In this document: piece by piece, positions 17,743 through 23,986 of the stretch
How the letters are laid out: each line of letters opens with the position of its first letter
Numbering within the stretch: position 1 is the first letter of the stretch
From: Bordetella parapertussis
Lineage (GTDB): Bacteria > Pseudomonadota > Gammaproteobacteria > Burkholderiales > SG8-41
Assembly (NCBI GenBank): GCA_945864585.1
Contig: CAMBCF010000003.1
Coordinates: 7,443 to 71,442 of the forward strand
Direction: 5' to 3'
Length of the DNA stretch: 64,000 bases
Notes under the pieces: model-generated
Told to the model about the DNA's origin: nothing
Database searches by the model: none
What the model saw: the letters and a program-made list of their open reading frames with translations, nothing else
Translations under genes and position numbers: made by a program

Positions 17743-18588
17743 TCAGCGGTACCGATGCAGCTCGTCGTAGAACTCGTTCATCATGAATTCTTCGAGGCCC
17801 GAATTATCGCGTGCGCGCGCTGACAGGATCAGATTTTTTCCGGTGCGTTTCGAATTCCAGGTAAAGTCGCCGCGTTCGTAGTCGCGGATGATTTCAATGA
17901 TTTTGCGAATGACCGCTATGTCGATGTCGCTGTTGTCTCCCTTGCGTACTTCGATTAGCTGCGGGACTGCGCGGCCAAAATTCTGGTTCCAGCCATAAAA
18001 CATGAACTCCGCGTAGTCGTAACCCCGGCGCCGTATCTGGAATATGCCGCCGCTGGGGGTGGGTGGCTTCTCCCCAAACCTGATCGCCGGCGCTTGCCTG
18101 AGCGCGGCGCTGCTCAACGCACCGCGGTTGGCGTTTTCGACTTCCGCTGACGGGGCGCCTTCGGCAGGTTCACCGCGCGCGCGTTTTTGCGCCGCGATGT
18201 ATGCCGACAAATCTGCCTGCGGCGGCGGCGCTGTCGTGAGTTGCGGTGTTGGCTTGGGCGGCGGGGGTTCCGGTGTGGGCACGGTGAACGCGGGCGGCGC
18301 TGGTTTCGACAGCGCTATGACGGGAGCCCGTGTTTTTGCTGGTTGCGGCGCTGCTGGCGCTGCCGCTGGCGGACGCGCGGCACTCGGCGGCATCACCACC
18401 TGCGGCAACTGGCGCAGATACGCGGCAAGCGGTGGCGGTACCGGCTCCTCGGTGCTGGGCTTTTTCATGCGCGGCATCCACAGCAGCAGCGCCACATGTG
18501 CGAGCAGCGACAGCGCGATCCAAATCGCGATAGCGGGAATGTTGACGCCGTCTCGCCGTGGACGATAGCCGTCAAAAGTGGCGCTCAT
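17743..18588 (-). CDS. Hypothetical membrane-anchored protein with a proline-rich linker (TonB-like architecture, unrecognised C-terminal domain)
   Basis: One N-terminal TM helix (IPAIAIWIALSLLAHVALLLW), an about 100-aa Pro/Ala-rich spacer, and an about 110-aa C-terminal domain. Confidence 0.6.
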   Translation of the reverse strand: MSATFDGYRPRRDGVNIPAIAIWIALSLLAHVALLLWMPRMKKPSTEEPVPPPLAAYLRQLPQVVMPPSAARPPAAAPAAPQPAKTRAPVIALSKPAPPAFTVPTPEPPPPKPTPQLTTAPPPQADLSAYIAAQKRARGEPAEGAPSAEVENANRGALSSAALRQAPAIRFGEKPPTPSGGIFQIRRRGYDYAEFMFYGWNQNFGRAVPQLIEVRKGDNSDIDIAVIRKIIEIIRDYERGDFTWNSKRTGKNLILSARARDNSGLEEFMMNEFYDELHRYR

Positions 18589-18633
18589 GCTCTACCCAAA
18601 CGTGTATCAGCCAAGGTGGCGTTGTAAATTATG

Positions 18634-18646
18634 CAATAAAAACAAT
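18634..18646 (-). promoter_or_regulatory. AT-rich 13-mer ATTGTTTTTATTG (minus strand), copy 2 of 3, 46 nt upstream of the start at 18588
   Basis: Exact repeat of the 1077-1089 and 36339-36351 motif; followed by CATAAT on the minus strand. Confidence 0.3.
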
Positions 18647-18674
18647 AGTTTACACGATTGCTCTGTATTTTAAT

Positions 18675-18989
18675 CTAATGCAATGTTGGCCCCAGCCGCA
18701 GCCCGACATTGAGCAGCGCCACGCGTTTACCCAGCATCACCACGCCGCCCCGCAAACGGTTGTTTCCGGTATCACTGAATTCAAAATCATACGCGCGTTG
18801 CAACTGCAGATGGCCTTCGCTGTCGCGTGCGAGTTTCAGACTGGCAATGCCGACGGTGTCGTCGAGAAACAGCAGATCTTCTGCCCGGCACGCTTCACGC
18901 GCGGCGCGCACCGCGATTTCACGCACGTTCAGGCTGTCGTACCAGAGCCAGCCCAGTGCTGTGATTAGAGCGAGAGCGCCGAGTTCCAT
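18675..18989 (-). CDS. DUF3301-like small membrane protein
   Basis: ORF 18675..19073 trimmed to the ATG at 18989 (MELGALALITALGWLWYDSLNVREIAVRAAREAC...); the longer ORF reads through the repeat arm. Confidence 0.6.
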   Translation of the reverse strand: MELGALALITALGWLWYDSLNVREIAVRAAREACRAEDLLFLDDTVGIASLKLARDSEGHLQLQRAYDFEFSDTGNNRLRGGVVMLGKRVALLNVGLRLGPTLH

Positions 18990-19002
18990 GGGTGTGTGGC
19001 TG

Positions 19003-19127
19003 GTGATACGTGAAGAGTGGAGGGTGAACGGTGAAGGGTGAAGAGTAACCCCGGTCCCGCTGTCCGCGCACATTGCGCGTCCTTGGGTTCACTGTTCAGT
19101 GTTCACTGTTCACTCTTCACTCTTCAC
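19003..19127. repeat. Long imperfect hairpin built from tandem 7-nt units (GTGAAGA type) and their complements
   Basis: Left arm is seven GTGnnnn heptamers (19003-19051); right arm is TGTTCAC/TCTTCAC heptamers (19085-19127); the right arm overlaps the yaeQ stop. Confidence 0.8.
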
Positions 19128-19662
19128 GTTCCATCAACTCGATCCCCACCTGCACCGTGTCTTTCGCATCGGCAACCCACACCTGGCCTTCTTGCACGGT
19201 GTAGCTGAGGTCCATGCTGCGTTGCGCGAGCCTGGCCATCGCCAGGCTGGCTGCAGAAGGGATTTGTCGTATGGCGAGATTGCGCGTGCGTGCGAGCGTC
19301 GGCGCGATTTGTTCACGCCACATCGCGGCACCCGCTCGGCCAAAGCTGTAAACCACCACCTGTGACGCGCGTCCGCAGGCTTTGCGCAAACGCTTTTCAT
19401 CGGGCTGGCCGACGTCGATCCAGAGTTCGATGGCGCCGGTTAAATCCTTGCGCCACAGATCGGGTTCGTCGTCGCTGCTCAAACCCTTGCCAAACAGCAG
19501 GGCTTCATGCGCATGCAGCGCAAACGCCAGCAGCCGCACCATCATGCGCTCGTCGGTTTCAGACGGATGCCGCGCCAGCGTCAGTGCGTGGCTTTGGTAA
19601 TAGTGGCGGTCGGTGTCGGAAATCTGCACGCTCGCCTTGAAGATGGTTGCCTTGAGGGCCAT
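19117..19662 (-). CDS. yaeQ: YaeQ family protein
   Basis: MALKATIFKASVQISDTDRHYYQSHALTLARHPSETDERMMVRLLAFALHA is a typical YaeQ N-terminus; 181 aa. Confidence 0.85.
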   Translation of the reverse strand: MALKATIFKASVQISDTDRHYYQSHALTLARHPSETDERMMVRLLAFALHAHEALLFGKGLSSDDEPDLWRKDLTGAIELWIDVGQPDEKRLRKACGRASQVVVYSFGRAGAAMWREQIAPTLARTRNLAIRQIPSAASLAMARLAQRSMDLSYTVQEGQVWVADAKDTVQVGIELMEREE

Positions 19663-19669
19663 GCGCTAG

Positions 19670-19849
19670 TCTATGCACACAACTTTGAGTGTGAGCGCCT
19701 GTAGCCCGGAAGAAGGCCATGGCTTTTCATGGCCGTATTCCGGGGAAGTGTGGGTGGATGAACTCGCGTGCTGTCGATGCGCCGTGCTTCTTCCCCGGAA
19801 TACGCCCTGCGGACTTCTTCCGGGCTACGGAGATGTGTGCATAGGTTAG
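19670..19849. mobile_element. MITE-like 180-bp nested palindromic element flanked by 14-bp direct repeats (19656-19669 and 19850-19863)
   Basis: TIR-like ends CTATGCACACA...GTAGCCCGGAAGAAG / CTTCTTCCGGGCTAC...TGTGTGCATAG; inner IR CGTATTCCGGGGAAG / CTTCCCCGGAATACG; direct repeat GGGCCATGCGCTAG. Confidence 0.65.
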
Positions 19850-19896
19850 GGGCCATGCGCTAGCGGCCCGCAGGTTGTGGGCAAACGCGCGGCAGT

Positions 19897-20580
19897 TTAG
19901 TTGACCGCAAAGCAGTAAATCAATCCAGCACCACCTGAGCTCACCAGGTTTTCCTGACTGCAACCGCGTGACGGATGCGAGGAATTCCATGAGCGTGAAG
20001 CATCGTCATCGCGCAGTCCGGCACGATCGTGATGCCCGACCAGCGCTGCGCCCGCGCCGCTCTTGGTCCAGTTGCCGCAGGTCGTGTCTTCCGCGGCAGT
20101 GGAGGCGCTGCCGTCCGGCGTGGCGCCGGTGAGGATGTCATGGACATTGGGGCGGTCGCCGCGGCCATTGACCGTTTGACCCTTTTCGTCTTTCGCCACC
20201 AGCCGGTTGATATTATTGACCTTGTGCAATTCATCGACGTTACGCGCGATAAGCCTGCCTTCATAACTGTACCACGGGCCTTTGCCGATGCGGTCACGCG
20301 CGTTGACTGCAGGCGTGCCGCCGCTCCCTGTAGCGCTCAGATACGCGCGCCAGGTGCGCTTGCCCGCGCCGGCCGCCGCCGCCAGCGACTGGCAATGCCG
20401 GTCAGCACCCGCGAGGCCGCCGAGATCTGCACCTTTGCCGGAACCCACGCTGCTGATGAAAAATGACATTTCAGGCGCAGCTGTTTGTGGCGCTTGTTGT
20501 GAGTAAACACCGCCCCCGGCGCCCAGCGCCAGCGCGACGATAGTCATGGCCATCGTCTTGATTGCGGTTACCTTTTTCAT
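19897..20580 (-). CDS. Secreted hypothetical protein with an endostatin / C-type-lectin-like four-Cys pattern
   Basis: Signal peptide; GGLAGADRHCQSLAAAAGAGKRTWRAYLS, TTCGNWT and LIYCFAVN blocks parallel collagen XVIII endostatin as I recall it. Confidence 0.5.
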   Translation of the reverse strand: MKKVTAIKTMAMTIVALALGAGGGVYSQQAPQTAAPEMSFFISSVGSGKGADLGGLAGADRHCQSLAAAAGAGKRTWRAYLSATGSGGTPAVNARDRIGKGPWYSYEGRLIARNVDELHKVNNINRLVAKDEKGQTVNGRGDRPNVHDILTGATPDGSASTAAEDTTCGNWTKSGAGAALVGHHDRAGLRDDDASRSWNSSHPSRGCSQENLVSSGGAGLIYCFAVN

Positions 20581-20616
20581 GGAATACTCTATTGGGTTTG
20601 GTTGCTGCTATTCATC

Positions 20617-20672
20617 AGGACTGAGGACTGAGTGAACCTACCGCAGTCTGGTGTCGCTAAGTCCTCAGTCCT
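20617..20672. repeat. Hairpin with a perfect 13-bp stem made of GGACTGA units
   Basis: AGGACTGAGGACT (20617-20629) and AGTCCTCAGTCCT (20660-20672), 30-nt loop; starts 1 nt after the esterase stop on the minus strand. Confidence 0.8.
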
Positions 20673-20673
20673 T

Positions 20674-21534
20674 TTACACCGCTTTGCGCCCAGCCTGTAA
20701 TTGCTGCGCGATAAACGTTTTCAACATCGCGTGCGAACGGTCTGTCGCCGGGCCGGGCTGTGCCACCCACTCGTGGGTGCAGCCATCAAACAATTCGTAC
20801 TGGCAGTGGCCGCCCACCGCGCGATAACTTGCGGAAAACTTTTCCTGTATCACCGGAATCACATTGTCATCGAGCGCGCCCTGCATGATCAGCAGCGGCG
20901 GCAGTTCGACCTTTTCGCCACGATCCAGCATTTCCTGCGGATTGCCTTCGTGGATGGAATCCCAAGGGTTAAAAAATGTGGTGCTGTTCTTGATCATGTG
21001 ATCGCGTTTCATTTTTTCCGCCTGCCTGAAGCGCGCAAACGGATCGCTGATTGGCGAACGCGTCGCGATATACGCTGCGCGGGTGGTGATGCCGGGTGCG
21101 CCAACCAGCGCATGCGCGTTGTAGCGTGCATCATTGGGTCGCATGCCCAACAGTTCCGCCACATGCCCGCCGCTGGAACTGCCCAGCACGCCGAGCGTAG
21201 ATGCATCACCGTTCCACTCAATCGCTTTCGATTTCAACCAGCGCACGCCGTAGCTCGCCTCTTGCACGCAAGCCGGGTACGGCGCTTCCGTGGCCAGCGA
21301 CATATCGATGGCCACCACCAGCAGCCCGCTTTTTGCGGCGGCTTCGTCCATCGGTGCATTGGCAAAACGATCTTTGTTGTTCCATGCGCCGCCGTGCAAA
21401 TCCAGCAGCACCGGAAACGGGCCGGCACCCTGCGGTTGATAAATGCGCGCCATCAGCGTGCGCGTGGCGGTCTTGCGGAATTCGATTTCGCTGATCCTGA
21501 TCTCGAACTGGGCAGCAGGGTTATAAGAGATCAT
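20674..21534 (-). CDS. Alpha/beta hydrolase (esterase/lipase, HGG type)
   Basis: ORF trimmed to the ATG at 21534 (AAGGAAAACC upstream); LDLHGGAW oxyanion motif, GSSSGG nucleophile elbow. Confidence 0.8.
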   Translation of the reverse strand: MISYNPAAQFEIRISEIEFRKTATRTLMARIYQPQGAGPFPVLLDLHGGAWNNKDRFANAPMDEAAAKSGLLVVAIDMSLATEAPYPACVQEASYGVRWLKSKAIEWNGDASTLGVLGSSSGGHVAELLGMRPNDARYNAHALVGAPGITTRAAYIATRSPISDPFARFRQAEKMKRDHMIKNSTTFFNPWDSIHEGNPQEMLDRGEKVELPPLLIMQGALDDNVIPVIQEKFSASYRAVGGHCQYELFDGCTHEWVAQPGPATDRSHAMLKTFIAQQLQAGRKAV

Positions 21535-21569
21535 GGTTTTCCTTGAAAGTGGATGGGTGTGAACCCGCT

Positions 21570-21598
21570 TAAATATCGTCATTCCGCCGCGTTGTCAA
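21570..21598 (-). promoter_or_regulatory. Near-consensus sigma-70 promoter TTGACA-N17-TATTTA for the esterase gene
   Basis: Minus strand: TTGACA (21598-21593), 17-nt spacer, TATTTA (21575-21570); about 35 nt upstream of the start codon. Confidence 0.5.
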
Positions 21599-21681
21599 TA
21601 TTTTGCCAGAAAGCGCTATTTGCGCGCAGCGTGGCGCAACTGCTACACTAAAGTCCCGCAACGTTGAAAGGAGGTGATCCC

Positions 21682-21774
21682 GTGAGAGACCGAATAGGCA
21701 CGACCCTGCTGGATGGTGCACCGAACTCGAACTGCGGATCAACCCGCACCGAAGGACAGTTCGTCATCCTATAG
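21682..21774 (+). CDS. Candidate 30-aa mini-protein (MRDRIGTTLLDGAPNSNCGSTRTEGQFVIL)
   Basis: GTG start 7 nt after AAAGGAGGTGATCC (14-nt perfect complement of the 16S 3' tail); strong hairpin terminator 20 nt after the stop. Confidence 0.35.
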   Translation: MRDRIGTTLLDGAPNSNCGSTRTEGQFVIL

Positions 21775-21793
21775 GCTGGCGTGTCTGGTAGTG

Positions 21794-21833
21794 ACAAATG
21801 CCCTGTGGCGTCGTCCACGGGGCATTTGTTTTC
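21794..21833. terminator. Strong intrinsic terminator hairpin (15-bp stem) followed by TTTT; probably bidirectional
   Basis: ACAAATGCCCTGTGG-CGTCGT-CCACGGGGCATTTGT TTTT; lies 25 nt downstream of the Bug gene stop on the minus strand and 20 nt after the mini-ORF on the plus strand. Confidence 0.7.
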
Positions 21834-21853
21834 GGGAGCGCGTTATACGCCCG

Positions 21854-22903
21854 TCACTGCGCGCTGATACCGGCCGCCCTGATGACCCGGGCCCACTTTG
21901 CAATTTCGGCCGCGATGAACTTTTCAAATTCGCTGGGCGCAGTGCCTTGCGCTAACAGTCCTTCGGCGGACAAGCGTTTTTGCATGTCGGCGGATTTTGC
22001 GATAACGCTGATTTCACGATGCAGCAAATTCACCATCGCCAGCGGTATCTTCGCCGGGCCGAACAGTCCCTGCCAGCTTGAGCTTTCATAACCGGGCACG
22101 CCCGACTCTGCAACGGTAGGCACTTCCGGCAGCGTTGGCCAGCGCTGCGGCGACGACACGCCCAGCGCGCGCAGCCTGCCGCCGCGCACCAGCGGCAGCG
22201 TGCTGGCCATGCTGCTGAAACTGAAATCAATTTCGCCACCGACCAGCGCGGTGAGCGAGGCCGGTGCACCCTTGTACGGCACGTGCAAAACATCGATGCC
22301 TGCCATCACTCTGAACAACTCGCTGGTTAGATGTGTGGCGCCGGCGGTTCCTGACGAGGCGTAGCTGACTTTACCCGGCCGCGCCTTGGCGGCGTTAATC
22401 AGATCACGCGTCGACCGCGCGGCATGATTCTGGCTGACCACCAGGATGTTGTAACCGATGCCCAGCAGGGAGATGGCTTTTACGTCGCGCAGCGTGTCGT
22501 AAGGCAACTTCGCATGAAGGCTGGGGCTGATGGCATGTGCAGTCGGCGACAGTAGCAGCGTGTAACCGTCGGGTGGCGCGTTGACCACCATTTCGGTTGC
22601 GATAATGCCGGAGCCGCCGCCGCGATTATCCACCACGATCTGCTGGCCCAAACGTTCGCCCAGACGCACGCCGTAGGCGCGCGCGACCATATCCGAATTA
22701 CCGCCGGCGGTTTGCGCCACGATCAGGCGGATAGGTTTGGTGGGGTAATTGGGTTGTGCCTGTACCTGATGAACACTTGCAAATACCCATGGCAGGACCC
22801 ACGTCGCGAGACCCAGAACGCTCGCGCGCCCGCGCGGGCGCAAGAGGGGAACACCAGCAGCGGAGCAGCGGGCAGGTCGGTTATCAGTTTGCGTCATGGT
22901 CAA
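21854..22903 (-). CDS. Bug family (TctC-like) substrate-binding protein
   Basis: NYPTKPIRLIVAQTAGGNSD, PPDGYT; long Arg-rich N-terminal leader; 349 aa. Confidence 0.85.
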   Translation of the reverse strand: MTMTQTDNRPARCSAAGVPLLRPRGRASVLGLATWVLPWVFASVHQVQAQPNYPTKPIRLIVAQTAGGNSDMVARAYGVRLGERLGQQIVVDNRGGGSGIIATEMVVNAPPDGYTLLLSPTAHAISPSLHAKLPYDTLRDVKAISLLGIGYNILVVSQNHAARSTRDLINAAKARPGKVSYASSGTAGATHLTSELFRVMAGIDVLHVPYKGAPASLTALVGGEIDFSFSSMASTLPLVRGGRLRALGVSSPQRWPTLPEVPTVAESGVPGYESSSWQGLFGPAKIPLAMVNLLHREISVIAKSADMQKRLSAEGLLAQGTAPSEFEKFIAAEIAKWARVIRAAGISAQ

Positions 22904-23123
22904 TACTCAAAATTGTGAGAAAAATTAATCCGCATTATTGCGCACCCCACGCAGGATCGGAACCATTGCCTGCCGTACCGTGGCCACATAGTGAGTTTTG
23001 TTTGAAAACAGCCATAGCTACCAAAAAACATCCGGAATCCACTATCATGCACATAGGCCGCGCGCAGGATTCAGCGTGTGGCGTTCAGTAACAACCATCC
23101 ACCTCATCACAAGGAGCGCCACC

Positions 23124-23426
23124 ATGCTGTGGATCGTATCTTGCACAGATAAACCGAACACGGCCGCAATTCGCGATTCCGTGCTGCAACCGCATCGCGA
23201 TTATTTAGGCAGCCAGAAAAAAATTCTGGTGCTCGCGGGCGCCACGCAAAACGACGATGGCACCGCAGCCATCGGCAGCCTGTTCGTGTTGAACGTCAAC
23301 AGTCGCGCCGAAGCGAAAGCATTTTCCGATGGTGATCCGTTCACGCAAAAAGGCGTGTTTGCCAACATCACCATCACGCGTATGCGCCGTGGGCAGTGGA
23401 ATCCTGATGCGGCTGAAGGCGCATAG
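23124..23426 (+). CDS. YciI family protein
   Basis: ORF trimmed to the ATG at 23124 (AAGGAG upstream); about 100 aa, with the DPF..GVF motif region typical of YciI. Confidence 0.7.
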   Translation: MLWIVSCTDKPNTAAIRDSVLQPHRDYLGSQKKILVLAGATQNDDGTAAIGSLFVLNVNSRAEAKAFSDGDPFTQKGVFANITITRMRRGQWNPDAAEGA

Positions 23427-23524
23427 CCCCGCGCCCGATCATTTTGGCCCGATCAACCCGGCGCCGCCAGCCCTTGCGGTAGCGTTACATTTCGAACACA
23501 GTCCCATTAAACGAGACCCTAACG

Positions 23525-23950
23525 ATGAGTGATTGGAGCAAAGTTACCCGGCCGATTCCTGTCCCCAATGAGTGGACCAAGCCGTTCTGGGAATCCGCCA
23601 AAAAAAACGTGCTGTCACTGCAACGCTGCCAGGAATGCAAGCATTTCCAGCATCCGCCGTACGCGACCTGTGTGAACTGCATGAGTGTCGATCTGAAGTT
23701 CGAGCCGGTCGCCGGCAAGGGCGCGATTTACGCCTACACCATCATGTACCACACCGGTGACAAGCGTTTTGTCTCGGCTGTCCCGTACGCCAGTATCATC
23801 GTCGAACTCGACACTGCGCCCGGCGCGCTGATGGCCGGCAACCTGCTGGAGGCGCCGTATACCGAGGCCAAGGTCGGGCGTCGCGTGGAGGTGGTGTTTC
23901 AGCCGCTGAACGACGACATCACCCTGCCACAATTCCGGCTGGCGCGCTGA
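23525..23950 (+). CDS. Zn-ribbon / OB-fold protein (DUF35 family)
   Basis: CQECKHFQHPPYATCVNC zinc ribbon followed by an OB-fold region; sits upstream of a thiolase-like gene, the usual pairing. Confidence 0.75.
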   Translation: MSDWSKVTRPIPVPNEWTKPFWESAKKNVLSLQRCQECKHFQHPPYATCVNCMSVDLKFEPVAGKGAIYAYTIMYHTGDKRFVSAVPYASIIVELDTAPGALMAGNLLEAPYTEAKVGRRVEVVFQPLNDDITLPQFRLAR

Positions 23951-23986
23951 TCGTGATCAGCGCCCTCGCAAAAGGAGCAATAAAGT

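Noticed and set aside
18990-19073. N-terminal extension of the DUF3301-like ORF (MCADSGTGVTLHPSPFTLHSSRITSHTP)
   Set aside because: It is simply the translation of the heptamer-repeat arm. The family-typical N-terminus starts at the internal ATG (18989).
19003-19127. Possible CRISPR array or minisatellite
   Set aside because: The units are only 7 nt, are contiguous with no spacers, and the two halves are mutually complementary. It is a hairpin, not a CRISPR array, and no cas genes are present in the window.
21668-21681. Fragment of a 16S rRNA gene (antisense GGATCACCTCCTTT)
   Set aside because: Only the 14-nt tail matches. The flanking bases do not continue the conserved 16S 3' region (no GCGGCTGGATCACC context), and there is no rRNA-like sequence around it.
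21713-21955. 80-aa plus-strand ORF
   Set aside because: It runs straight through a 15-bp-stem terminator into the antisense of the Bug gene. It has no RBS and shadow-like composition.
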